DNA of 64,000 nucleotides from Macrostomum lignano (Eukaryota): NCBI GenBank assembly GCA_002269645.1, contig NIVC01002238.1, positions 93,597 to 157,596 of the forward strand, read 5' to 3'. Shown piece by piece: positions 33,370 to 47,694 of this stretch (position 1 is its first letter; each line of letters starts with the position of its first letter). The notes under the pieces were generated by a model. It saw only the letters and a program-made list of their open reading frames with translations, ran no database searches and was not told where the DNA came from. The position numbers and the translations under genes were made by a program.

Positions 33370-33606
33370 TCAGGTCAGCAGACCGCGACACTTGTCCGGG
33401 ATGCTGTCGTGAGCGTTCAGAGTGCTGGCTAGGAAGGGCAGGCAATCTTCCAGGATGTCTTTCCGTTTCAACTCGGCCAGCTCGTCGGCGTCATCGGCGG
33501 CGTCGAACGGACCGTCGTCAGCATCAGCTGGCTGAGACACCGGCTTGGCAGTCAGTGCCGTCGTCAGCAGCAGCAGCAGCAGCGACAACAGCAAAACGCA
33601 GCGCAT
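33370..33606 (-). CDS. Small secreted prepropeptide, 78 aa (signal peptide, acidic pro-region, KR site, 30-aa mature peptide with 2 Cys)
   Basis: MRCVLLLSLLLLLLTTALTA / KPVSQPADADDGPFDAADDADELAELKR / KDILEDCLPFLASTLNAHDSIPDKCRGLLT*. GC-rich codons; TATAAATA on the minus strand at 33724-33731; AATAAA on the minus strand at 33247-33252. Confidence 0.75.
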   Translation of the reverse strand: MRCVLLLSLLLLLLTTALTAKPVSQPADADDGPFDAADDADELAELKRKDILEDCLPFLASTLNAHDSIPDKCRGLLT

Positions 33607-33723
33607 TTGGCAGCAAGAGATCTCCGGCTCACGAATCAGCACCGCTGCACGAATTCCTGACGAATCGATGCGCCTGGGGAGTCTATAAGAATTGGCTTAC
33701 GGCTTCGCTCCACAGGGGCCGTT

Positions 33724-33731
33724 TATTTATA
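33724..33731 (-). promoter_or_regulatory. Candidate TATA box (TATAAATA) for the prepropeptide gene
   Basis: Consensus match ~120 nt upstream of the ATG at 33606, on the correct strand. Confidence 0.5.
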
Positions 33732-34680
33732 GACTGCAGCAGCCTGAGCCCTCTGTGCGGTGGGTTGCCGCAGGCAGGCACCCCCCACCAACCCCACCAT
33801 GCGACCCAGTAGACTTGCTGCAGTCTACTGAAAACTTGCTTTGAGCTATTATATTATAATGAATTCCATTCATTGCTGCTGACTCATCAGAATATGACCG
33901 CCTGTCTGCCTGCCTGAGACAAGCCAGGGAGTGCTATAAGAGTGAGAGTCTGGAAGAGCTGCAGGGTGTACAGCGACCACCACCAAGAGGGCGTGACCCC
34001 GTGAGTCGTAGACGCGTTTGCAGCTGAGCTGCTCCGCTCCCAGAGTTTATGACTTGAGCTAAAACATAGGAAATATAACAGTCTTTTTTTAGCATTTTTA
34101 GACAACTTTAATTAACTTTTCTAGTCCAGACTTTTAGCTTAAGACATCCATGGCCGCGTCAATTGAGAGCGGAGAGACAGAGAGGAGTCAACAGCACTCA
34201 ACAGCCCTTCACTCCGTCGCTTTTGTCCACATTATGGAGGTGGATTTAATAAGAAAATGGCTGACGAACGGGCAGCAGGGTAGGATAAGCAGGAAAGCAT
34301 ACGAATGCTGCACGCTCAACACGTGCGCCAAAAACAACAAAAGCGGCCCGGTCTGGTCGCGCCCCGCACCAGTCTTGACTAGAAACCAAAGTTGATGAAG
34401 AAGCAGCCAGCTGCCCTGCAATTGGTTCTTCACTGCTTTAGTCAACAGTAAGAAAGGGCTCACTAGACATTTTTAGGTTTGAGAAAGAAAAAAATTCTGG
34501 GAGCTGCTTCTAATATACTAAAAATGGTTTGTCGGTAGGTAGGTATCTATGTGATCGATTAGAGAAAAAAATGGCTCAACCGATTTTCTTCGAACTTGCA
34601 CTGTTCGATCAGAAATCCTCCGCTAAATACGTGTTGAATCGAGGAGAAGAAATGTATCGTTAGTAATAACGATTTTATTA

Positions 34681-35660
34681 CTCTCCTCTCTTCTCCACCC
34701 TCTCCTCTCCTCTCTATTCCTTTCTTCTCCTCTCCTCTCCTCTCCCTCTCTCCTCTCCTCTCCCTCTCTCCTCTCCTCTCCTCTCCTCTCTTCTCCACCC
34801 TCTCCTCTCCTCTCTATTCCTTTCTTCTCCTCTCCTCTCCTCTCCCTCTCTCCTCTCCTCCCCCTCTCTCCTCTCCTCTCCTCTCCTCTCTTCTCCAGCC
34901 TCTCCTCTCCTCTCTATTCCTTTCTTCTCCTCTCCTCTCCTCTCCTCTCTATTCCTTTCTTCTCCTCTCCTCTCCTCTCCTCTCTATTCCTTTCTTCTCC
35001 TCTCCTCTCCTCTCCCTCTCTCCTCTCCTCTCTATTCCTTTCTTCTCCTCTCCTCTCCTCTCCTCTCTATTCCTTTCTTCTCCTCTCCTCTCCTCTCCCT
35101 CTCTCCTCTCCTCTCTATTCCTTTCTTCTCCTCTCCTCTCCTCTCCCTCTCTCCTCTCCTCTCTATTCCTTTCTTCTCCTCTCCTCTCCCTCTCTCCTCT
35201 CCTCTCCTCTCCTCTCCTCTCCCTCTCTCCTCTCATCTCATCTACTCTACTCTAGTCTTCTACTCTACTCTACTCTACTCTACTCTACTCTACTCTACTC
35301 TACTCTAATCTACTCTACTCTACTCTCCTCTCTCTCCTCTCCTCTCCTCCTCATTCCTTTCTTCTCCTCTCCTCTCCTCTCCTCTCCTCTACTCTCCTCT
35401 CCTCTCCTCTCCTCTCCTCCTCATTCCTTTCTTCTCCTCTCCTCTCCTCTCCTCTCCTCTCCTCTCCTCTACTCTCCTCTCCTCTCCTCTCCTCTCCTCT
35501 CCTCTCCCATCCTCTCCTCCCCATTCCTTTCTTCTCCTCTCCTCTCCTCTCCTCTCCTCTCATCTCCTCCTCATTCCTTTCTTCTCCTCTCCTCTCCTCT
35601 CCTCTCCTCTCCTCTCCTCTCCTCTCCTCTCCTCTCCTCTCCTCTCCTCTCCTCTCTTTT
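34681..35660. repeat. (CTCCT)n/(CTACT)n polypyrimidine microsatellite
   Basis: Direct periodicity. Confidence 0.95.
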
Positions 35661-36274
35661 TTCTTTATCTTTTTTTCCTAAAATCTCCCCTCCTACTCTC
35701 TTAACTCCCTACTCTTCTCCTCTTTCTCCTCTTTCTCCCTCCACTCTTCTGCAGTCTGCCGCAAGCTCAAAACAACAGGAGCAAAATAAGACATGCAAAT
35801 GTAGTTTTTCCAAGTCAGAAACACACAGCACAGAGCCATGCATGGACAGAGTCAGCAACACCGAATTCTTAATGTCAGCTAAACTTAGTTTTGCCAAGCT
35901 TGTCCTGATCCAGTCAGCCACGCAACTATGAGTCAGTAAAACATATGAATCAGAGCTCATTAGTCAGTGGTGACACTGATACTAAAGTTAGTTCTCTAAC
36001 TAAAAAGGTCTGATACACAAAACAGCAGAAATACTGGTTTTTAAAAGTCCGAGCATGGACTAACAAAAATTAACCTATTTAAGAATTTATATTTGCACTT
36101 GTAGTTTTATTTTTAAAAATCGAGCGTATTCCTGCTGCAGAAATCTGGACATGCAGCAAATATTTCAGTTAATAAGCACAGCAACAGTCAACAGATCAAT
36201 TAGTAAAGAGCTTCGGCTGCGACAAGACTGAAACCAGTGCGGAGTACACGAGAATGAACGGAACGGGTAGGAAT

Positions 36275-36465
36275 GAATCAGACAGGCACAGACTGGCACA
36301 GACTGGCACAGACAGGCACAAACAGGCAGACAGTCAGACAGACAGACAGACAGACAGTCAGACAGTCCGACAGACAGACAGACAGACAGACAGACATACA
36401 GACAGACAGACAGACAAAAAGACAGACGGACAGACAGACAGTCAGACAGACAGACAGTCAGACAG

Positions 36466-36475
<10 letters not shown>
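36275..36475. repeat. (GACA)n-like microsatellite abutting the NRK stop codon
   Basis: Direct periodicity; the NRK stop TGA lies within the edge of the repeat. Confidence 0.9.
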
Positions 36476-38382
<1,907 letters not shown>

Positions 38383-38844
38383 TTTTATTGCGAATAATCA
38401 ATTTTCCGACAAATTTCACACAAACAACCTGCTGAAATGTTAAAGAAAAATATATTTAATTAGTTTTTTAAATTTAACTTCCAAAGCGTGAAATAGTAAA
38501 ATATATAATTAAAAAACCAAAAATCGTTTCATTTTAATTTTTTCGTAAATTTTTATTTTGCAGATAACAAATCTGAATAAAAAATTATTGAAAACGTACG
38601 AGTATATTGAATCAATAGTACAAAAGTTATAAAATTGTTTTACTTGATAAAGTTTGTTTTTTTGGCCTTGCGCATCAATTCCGATGTGACAAGGTGTGCA
38701 GGAATAATAACCGGTACACTGGCTTTTGAAGTGTGAAAAAATTTAAATTTGTGAAGTGATCGGAATAGGCAGAATGCGCTGACAATGATACCTACAGGTG
38801 AATAATCACTGACAGTTTGAGAACAATTAACAAATAATTCACTC

Positions 38845-39302
38845 CTCATTCACCCACTCACTCGATCACTCACTCACTCAATCACTCACTCACTCACTCA
38901 ATCACTCATTCACTCAATCACTAACTCACTCACTCACTCACTCACTCACTCACTCACTCACTCACTCACTCACTCACTCACTCACTCACTCACTCACTCA
39001 CTCACTCACTCATCACTCACTCACTCACTCACTCATCACTCACTCACTCACTCACTCACTCACTCACTCACTCACTCACTCACTCATTCACTCAATCACT
39101 AACTCACTCACTCACTCACTCACTCACTCACTCACTCACTCACTCATCACTCACTCACTCACTCACTCACTCACTCACTCACTCACTCATCACTCACTCA
39201 CTCACTCACTCATCACTCACTCACTCACTCACTCGATCACTCACTCACTCACTCACTCACTCACTCACTCACTCACTAACTCACTCACTCACTCACTCAC
39301 TC
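38845..39302. repeat. (TCAC)n microsatellite between the hexosaminidase 3' end and NRK
   Basis: Direct periodicity. Confidence 0.95.
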
Positions 39303-39422
39303 ATATCTCTACCCTCCGCTAGTAAAAACATCAGCACGAACCGATGTAGAACACGCACCGGTCATACAGAATGAAACAGTAGTAAAAAAGGCCAATCAAA
39401 AATTTCTCTCAATCAGCTTCCA

Positions 39423-42400
39423 TCACGATCGACCGTAGCACATGTGCGTCCTGGCGCTGGGCTCGGGATTTAGGCCCCTGTACAGCATGCGACAGCGCTG
39501 TCCGGCGTACCTCGGCTCGGCCACTTCCGGCCGCCAGTCGGTCTGGTTGCTCCACAGCCGTTCGGCCACGGCGGAGGCGCGCGGCCACAGCTGGCTGACG
39601 GCGTTGCTGGCGTCGACGAACTCGCCCCACAGGCAGGCTTCGCCGCCAATGACGCGGGCTTTCTGAGCAGCCGATGCGTAGAAGCTCAACGGGTCGCAGG
39701 CGTAGAAATCTTTCCAGTCCGACATCTTGATGTAGTCCAGGTACCAGCAGGAGGACAGCAGCGCGGGGTAGCCGCGGGCGGTCACCTGCAGTGTGGGTTG
39801 GAGTGTGGGCCGGAATGTCGGCTGGAGTGTGGGTGTTGGAATATGGGTTGGAATATGGGCTAGAATTATTAATGGGTTAGTGTGGATGGAGTGTGGATGG
39901 AGTGTGGATTGGAGGTGGATTGGAGTGTGGATTGGAGTTTGGATTAGAGTGTGGATTGGAGTGTGGATTGGGTGTGAATTGGAGTGTGGATTGGAGTGTG
40001 GATTGGAGGTGGATTGGAGTGTGGATTGGAGTGTGGATCGGAGGTGGATTGGAGTGTGGATTGGAGTGTGGATTGGAGGTGGATTGGAGTGTGGATTGGA
40101 GTGTGGATTGGAGTGTGAATTTGAGGTGGATTGGAGTGTGGTGTGAATTGGAGGTGGATTGGAGTGTGGATTGGTGTGGATTGGAGGTGGATTGGAGTGA
40201 GTTCGTCCAATTTAGGCCGCATGCTGTACAGGGGCCTAAATCCCGAGCCCAGCGCCAGGACGCACATGTGCTACGGTCGATCGTGATGGAAGCTGATTGA
40301 GAGAAATTTTTGATTGACCTTTTTTACTACTGTTTCATTCTGTATGACGGAATGTCGGCTGGAGTGTGGGTTGGAATATGGGCTAGAATTATTTATGGGT
40401 TAGTGTGGATGGAGTGTGGATTGGAGTGTGGATTGGAGTGTGAATTGGAGGTGGATTGGGTGTGAATTGGAGGTGGATTGGAGTGTGAATCGGAGGTGGA
40501 TTGGAGCGTGGATTGGAGTGTGAATTGGAGGTGGATTGGAGGTGGATTGGAGTGTGGATTGGAGGTGGATTGGAGGTGGATTGGAGTGTGGATTGGAGTG
40601 TGGATTGGAGGTGGATTGGAGTGTGGATTGGAGTGTGGATTGGAGGTGGATTGGAGTGTGGATTGGAGTGTGGATTTGAGTGTGAATTGGAGGTGGATTG
40701 GAGTGTGAATTTGAGGTGGATTGGAGTGTGGATTGGAGTGTGGATTGGATTGTGGATTGGAGTGTGAATTTGAGGTGGATTGGAGTGTGGATTGGAGTGT
40801 GGATTGGATTGTGGATTGGAGTGTGGATTGGATTGTGGATTGGAGTGTGGATTGGAGTGTGGATTGGAGTGTGGGTTGGAGTGTGGATTGGAGTGTGAAT
40901 TGGATTGTGGATTGGAGTGTGGGTTGGAGTGTGGATTGGAGTGTGAATTGGATTGTGGATTGGAGTGTGGGTTGGAGTGTGGATTGGAGTGTGGGTTGGA
41001 GTGTGGATTGGAGTGTGAATTGGAGTCCTATTGGAGATTGGGTCCCACCTTGGCCATCTCGTCCTGCCAGCCGCCCTTCCACACGTGTACAATGGTGCCC
41101 CTAGGCAGTGACACGGCGTTGTCAAGCAGCTCCTGCCAGACCACGACGCTCCGGTTGGCACCCGAAGTGGCAATGCTGATGATGCGGTTCTCATAGTAGT
41201 TCTCCAGCAGTGAGTAGTTCTGCCCGAACCCCCGGTCGGCCATGAACTGACGCACTTTGGGGTTGGACTGCCAGCAGTCGAATGGCACCTCGTCGCCGCC
41301 CAGGTGCAAATAGGTGTCCGGGAATACGGAGGACAGCTCGGACAGAAGAGCGGACAGGAACGGGTAGTTGGCCTCATTGGTTGGGTCAACCTGGCGGGGC
41401 GGACCGGCATTTGGCTGTGCGTTGCCCAAATATTCTGCCGTAATGCCCTGATCCAATAATCTTTTGATTCAGTGATCGGTCCGCTAATCCCTTAATCCAC
41501 TCATTTATTGATCTCAGTCTGCTAATCCCTTAATCCACTCATTTATTGATCTCAGTCTGCTAATCCCTTAATCCACTCATTTATTGATCTCAGTCTGCTA
41601 ATCCCTTAATCCACTCATTTATTGATCTCAGTCTGCTAATCTCTTAATTCACTCATTTATTGATCCACAAGCTAATCTCTTAACCTACTTATTTATTGAT
41701 CTCAGTCCGTTAATCCCTTAATCCACTCATTTATTGATCCACAAGCGAATCCTTTAATTCATTTATTGATTAATCGGTCCGCTAATCCTTTACCAATCTG
41801 CCCATTGCTTTATGCTCTAATCCCATATTCGGAAACATTGATCAGCTCATAATCCCCCCTAATCCGCACACATTCGCGGCACCCTCACCGGTCCGTAGGT
41901 GCCGTCAGGCGATCCCTTGCCGTTGTAGCAGGCGGTGAGCAGGCCTGGCCGGCCAGCACCCCACGACAGGGTGTGGCCGGGGGTGTCGAACTCGGGGACG
42001 ACGCGAATACCGCGACGCCGGGCGTGCTCGACGATCGAGGCCACGTCCTGCTGGCTGTACACGTGCCGGCCAGAGTAGGCTCCCTGCGGGTTAGAAAGGG
42101 AGCTGATCTAGCAGTTTGCTCACAGATCTAGCAGTTTGCTCACAGATCTAGCAGATTGTTCACAGATCTAGCAGTTTGCTCACAGATCTAGCAGATTGTT
42201 CACAGATCTAGCAGTTTGCTCACAGATCTAGCAGATTGTTCACAGATCTAGCAGTTTGCTCACAGATCTAGCTGACTGCTCACAGATCTAGCAGTTTGCT
42301 CACAGATCTAGCTGACTGCTCACAGATCTAGCAGTTTGCTCACAGATCTAGCAGTTTGTTCACAGATCTAGCAGTTTGCTCACAGATCTAGCAGATTGTT

Positions 42401-45169
42401 CACAGATCTAGCAGTTTGCTCACAGATCTAGCTGACTGCTCACAGATCTAGCAGTTTGCTCACAGATCTAGCTGACTGCTCACAGATCTAGCAGTTTGCT
42501 CACAGATCTAGCAGATTGTTCACAGATCTAGCAGTTTGCTCACAGATCTAGCAGATTGTTCACAGATCTAGCAGATTGCTCACAGATCTAGCTGATTGCT
42601 CACAGATCTAGCAGTTTGCTCACAGATCTAGCTGACTGCTCACAGATCTAGCAGTTTGCTCACAGATCTAGCAGATTGTTCACAGATCTAGCAGTTTGCT
42701 CACAGATCTAGCTGACTGCTCACAGATCTAGCAGTTTGCTCACAGATCTAGCTGACTGCTCACAGATCTAGCAGTTTGCTCACAGATCTAGCAGATTGTT
42801 CACAGATCTAGCAGTTTGCTCACAGATCTAGCAGATTGTTCACAGATCTAGCAGATTGCTCACAGATCTAGCTGATTGCTCACAGATCTAATCAATCTGC
42901 TCGCAGACCTAGCAGGCAAACACAGATCTAATAATGTCGCTCGCAGACCTAGCAGGCAAAAACAGATCTAATCATTTCGCTCAATTATCCAGAAAAAAAA
43001 ATTTTGCCCTGCCTTGTCGCTCAGCTCAGGAAATGTGTAGCTCTGATATGGGAAGCTTTGATCATCCACGATGTGCCAGTGGAACACGTTCATTTTGTTG
43101 TAAGCCATGCCGTCCTGAAATTCAATGAGATTACTATCAAGTGCCAACGGGATAACTGCCAATGGGATAACTACCAATGGGATAACTGCCAATGGGATAA
43201 GTGCCAATGGGATAACTACCAATGAGATAAGTGCCAATGGGATAACTACCAATGGGATAAGTGCCAATGGGATAACTACCAATGAGATAAGTGCCTATGG
43301 GATAACTGCCAATGGGATAACTACCAATGGGATAACTGCCAATGGGATAACTGCCTATGGGATAAGTGCCAATGGGATAACTACCAATGGGATAAGTGCC
43401 AATGGGATAACTACCAATGAGATAAGTGCCTATGGGATAACTGCCAATGGGATAACTACCAATGGGATAACTGCCAATGGGATAACTGCCAATGGGATAA
43501 GTGCCAATGGGATAACTGCCAGTGGGATAACTACTAATAGGATAACTCAATGGGCGTACCAGATTCTGCAGGATGGTGCGCACGGGCAGGTAGTGTCGCG
43601 AGGTGTCCAGCAAGATGCCGCGGTGCGCGAACCTGGGCTGGTCGGACACCGCAGTCTCGTTCAGGCGCAGAGTGCCGTCCGGATAGCGGGAGATGAGCTG
43701 GGCGAGGGTCTCCAGGCCGTACATGGCGCCCCAGGGCTCCGGGGCACTGATGTTCACCTGGCCGCCAGAAACTGCGATAGTGTCTGCGGCGGGGCAACGG
43801 GGGATTAGAATGGATTGCTAGTCTAGCCTACATGGATTGCTAGTCTAGCCTACATGGATTGCTAGTCTAGCCTACATGGATTGCTAGTCTAGCCTACATG
43901 GATTGCTAGTCTAGCCTACATGGATTGCTAGTCTAGCCTACATGGATTGCTAGTCTAGCCTACATGGATTGCTAGTCTAGCCTACATGGATTGCTAGTCT
44001 AGCCTACATGGATTGCTAGTCTAGCCTACATGGATTGCTAGTCTAGCCTACATGGATTGCTAGTCTAGCCTACATGGATTGCTAGTCTAGCCTACATGGA
44101 TTGCTAGTCTAGCCTAACATGGATTGCTAGTCTAGCCAACATGGATTGCTAGTCTAGCCTACATGGATTGCTAGTCTAGCCTACATGGATTGCTAGTCTA
44201 GCCTACATGGATTGCTAGTCTAGCCTACATGGATTGCTAGTCTAGCCTACATGGATTGCTAGTCTAGCCTAACATGGATTGCTAGTCTAGCCAACATGGA
44301 TTGCTAGACTATCCTACATGGATTGCTAGTCTAGCCTACATGGATTGCTAGTCTAGCCTACATGGATTGCTAGTCTAGCCTACATGGATTGCTAGTCTAG
44401 CCTACATGGATTGCTAGTCTAGCCTACATGGATTGCTAGTCTAGCCTACATGGATTGCTAGTCTAGCCTACATGGATTGCTAGTCTAGCCTACATGGATT
44501 GCTAGTCTAGCCTACATGGATTGCTAGTCTAGCCTACATGGATTGCTAGTCTAGCCTACATGGATTGCTAGTCTAGCCTACATGGATTGCTAGTCTAGCC
44601 TACATGGATTGCTAGTCTAGCCTACATGGATTGCTAGTCTAGCCTACATGGATTGCTAATCTAGCCTACATGGATTGCGAATCCACCCGCTAGCTATGGC
44701 CCACCCATGTCTCACAGGACTCGTTCATCTTGACGCTGGGCCACATGAGCCGACCGCCGCTCTCGTTGCAGGGCCGCTGCACCTCCACCCGAACCAGACT
44801 GAGCGGCACAGGCGACGGCGCGGCGTCAGCGGGCTCCGGCATCCGCATGCTGGTCACGCCGTAGGCAGACTGCCTGCGAAACGAATCGCCTAACGACGGC
44901 AGCTTCGGCGGTCGCTGCAGCCTTGGCGCGGGCTCCGGCCACAGCGAAGAGTCCAAGATGCTGCGACGGGCCCTGACGATGGCATCCTGGACCAGCAGGC
45001 AGGCTGGCTGGTTCAACGAAAACCGGGTGCTGTCCATGTATAGCAGCTGTCTCGGACCAAAGGACAGCGACCGGGGCATCGGCCAGACGGTCCCGACGCC
45101 GGGGTCGCCAAGGGCTGGCGGCGCCACCGAAATAGCGAGCAGCAGCAGCAGCAGTGACGGTAAAGTCAT
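39423..45169 (-). CDS. HEXA/HEXB: Beta-hexosaminidase (GH20, HEXA/HEXB-like), minus-strand exons 45169..44716, 43783..43560, 43114..43013, 42083..41889, 41390..41049, 39785..39423, ~559 aa
   Basis: Signal peptide; [53 protein letters not shown], catalytic [33 protein letters not shown]. Phases 1,0,0,0,0 join in frame; intron 3 requires a GC donor. Confidence 0.93.
39880..41025. repeat. 12-bp minisatellite (GATTGGAGTGTG), hexosaminidase intron 5, interrupted by an inverted exon copy
   Basis: Direct periodicity. Confidence 0.9.
40218..40348 (+). other. Inverted duplicate of the hexosaminidase terminal coding bases and 3' UTR (39361..39491) inside intron 5
   Basis: The 131 bp are the reverse complement of 39361-39491, with one mismatch by eye. 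Confidence 0.92.
41480..41790. repeat. 38-bp minisatellite, hexosaminidase intron 4
   Basis: CTAATCCCTTAATCCACTCATTTATTGATCTCAGTCTG units. Confidence 0.9.
42104..42970. repeat. 20-bp minisatellite (CACAGATCTAGCAGTTTGCT), hexosaminidase intron 3
   Basis: Direct periodicity. Confidence 0.95.
43130..43545. repeat. 15-bp minisatellite (GGGATAACTGCCAAT), hexosaminidase intron 2
   Basis: Direct periodicity. Confidence 0.95.
43808..44678. repeat. 22-bp minisatellite (ATGGATTGCTAGTCTAGCCTAC), hexosaminidase intron 1
   Basis: Direct periodicity. Confidence 0.95.
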
Positions 45170-45239
45170 TTCTGTAACATGTTGTGAAAGATAGTTTGAT
45201 AGGAAAGTGCATCAGAATAGGTTGGCCAATTAGATTGAG

Positions 45240-45530
45240 AGGCCAATCAGAGCACACGAAGGGACAGACTGGATACTAGTGCACATTTAACAGCCAATCA
45301 GAGCTCACAAAGGGCAGAATGGATACTAGTGTACATTTAACAGCCAATCAGAGCTCACGAAGGGCAGAATGAATACTAGTGCACATTTAACAGCCAATCA
45401 GAGCTCACGAAGGGCAGAATGGATACTAGTGTACATTTAACAGCCAATCAGAGCTCACGAAGGGCAGAATGGATACTAGTGTACATTTAACAGCCAATCA
45501 GAGCCCACGAAAGGGCAAACTGGAAACTAG
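45240..45530. promoter_or_regulatory. 50-bp tandem repeat (6 copies), each carrying a CCAATCAG box, 70-360 bp upstream of the hexosaminidase ATG
   Basis: (A/G)GCCAATCAG recurs every 50 bp from 45241 to ~45500 and matches the NF-Y consensus; function is inferred. Confidence 0.6.
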
Positions 45531-46751
45531 TGTGAAGATTTCACATCCCTTGATTTAAAAAAAATGTAATGGATTTAAGGGAATATAATTTAAGAAAAAA
45601 TGCCACTCTTTACTTCTCAAGACTGACAACAATCGAGTAGTATATTCTAGTAGAGACACCAAGTCACTAGACTAAAAGCATACAGATTAAATTTGGGTGG
45701 AAATTTTGCTAGCTTACACCTACAAGATTAATGTAAGATTAGGCCGCATAAATTCAGTGTATTCCAGTGGCACACACAAACATATTCGCTACCAGTGACA
45801 GAATGACATTAACTGCGCACATTGATGCACAACATGTTTCTATCGATAATTTATAAACATTCTTAAACGAAAGCGTTTGTCCAGAAAGCACAATCTGTAA
45901 TCAGTGCTTCTGTGCGGGAGGGCCACAAACTTGGTAAGAAAGACACACCCACCATAGCCTAAGGGCTGCGCTATATTGATAAAGATAAAGATTAATTTAA
46001 TCCGGCTAACAGCCAGGTAAAATCAAATCAATTAAGCAACACATGTTTAACCTAAGTAGAAACAGGCTTTTTAAATGTTTCTATTTAATTTATATTGTAA
46101 ATATTAATAAAGAGCATATAGATTAAGAGGAGAGCAAAGCTGACAATAAAGTTGTCAGGGAGACTCAGCAGTAATAATATTTCTACTTAGTAATTATATT
46201 AGTAATTATATTGGGGCACCTCTGATAAAAATGATCAGCCCTCAAAACGGAGCTATTAATACAAATCAATCACCATGATTATGCAATACTAACTGAAGAT
46301 GACTCAATGGCTTTTACTAGTCATACTGCAATAAATAGAGGATTCAAATCAATCACTACTATTGCTAATAACACCATAGAGGGTAGTTCTAGGAAAAGCA
46401 GCAGCTATAGCGCTACAAAAAAAATTAATATCGACCCGAATGTGTCATATTGCATTGCATTTAGTCTGTAGAATGTTCAGTATTGATTGAGCAGCTGACT
46501 GGGCGCCGAGCTTCTAAATCTAATCTCGATCCGAATACTGTAACCACTAGTATTACTAGTAATACTACTACTGTAGTACTCTCTCACTCTACCTCTCACT
46601 CTCTGTCTCTCATTCTACCTCTCACTCTCTTACTCCACCTCTCACCTCTACCTCTACCCTTCACTCTCACTCACTCCTTCGTTTCTCAGATCCTCCCTCT
46701 TAAGTATTCCCCAAAATATTCTTTCCTCACTCCGCCCGTCTTTCAGTCAAT

Positions 46752-47694
46752 CTACACAAAGTGTCCAGCAGCCTCGTCCGCTATGCCGGCCAGCTGGAGG
46801 TCGCGGTCGGACAAGCCCGAGCAATCGTGCGTAGTCAGGGTGATGTCAACCCGGTTGTACACGTTGAACCACTCCGGATGATGGCCCATCTTCTCGGCGT
46901 TCAGCGCCACGTATGACATGAAGGCGAAGGCCTGAAAGCACAGTTGGAAATCTAGACTGTACGATCGGAAGCCATCTTACTCTAATCTAGACTGTACAAT
47001 CGGAATCCATCTCACTCTAATCTAGACTGTACAATCGGAATCCATTTCACTCCAATCTAGACTATACAATCGGCAGCCACCTCACTCCAATCTAGACTGT
47101 ACAATCGGAATCCATTTCACTCCAATCTAGACTATACAATCGGCAGCCACCTCACTCCAATCTAGACTGTACAATCGGCAGCCACCTCACTCCAATCTAG
47201 ACTGTACAATTGGCAGCCACCTCACTCTAATCTAGACTGTACAATCGGAAGCCATCTCACTCCAATCAAGACTGTACAATCGGCAGCCACCTCACTCCAA
47301 TCTAGACTTTACAATCGGCAGCCACCTCACTCTAATCTAGACTGTACAATCGGCAGCCACCTCACTCCAAGCTAGACTGTACAATCGGAAGCCACCTCAC
47401 TCCAAGCTAGACTGTACAATCGGAAGCCATCTCACTCTAATCTAGACTGTACAATCGGCAGCCAATGCTTCCATATAGACGACAAACCTTGCTGCAATTT
47501 CGACTATGAATCTGACATATCACCTCAATTAACTTGCTTTCAAAATAAAATCATTTAAGCTAGTTCACCTGTTGAAAGTTTTCAAATTTGTAATTTTTAA
47601 ATATAGCATCGCGATTCTCAACAATCGCCCATCCACGGGACAACACTGGTGCAAGCAGCACTGGGCGCTGCTCCTCAGACAACTTGGTAGCCAT
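46752..47694 (-). CDS. PCBD: Pterin-4-alpha-carbinolamine dehydratase (PCD/DCoH), minus-strand exons 47694..47569 and 46931..46752, 101 aa
   Basis: [42 protein letters not shown] / [48 protein letters not shown]...; HHPEW and TH catalytic histidines intact; GT-AG phase 0. Not in the ORF track because the exons are short. Confidence 0.92.
46950..47462. repeat. 35-bp minisatellite (TCTAGACTGTACAATCGGCAGCCACCTCACTCCAA), PCBD intron
   Basis: Direct periodicity. Confidence 0.95.

Noticed and set aside
33336-33812. 158-aa + strand ORF
   Set aside because: Antisense shadow of the GC-rich prepropeptide gene, with no recognisable features.
45240-45530. ER stress element (CCAAT-N9-CCACG) in the promoter repeat
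   Set aside because: Spacing to the CACG/CCACG motif is 6-7 nt, not 9.
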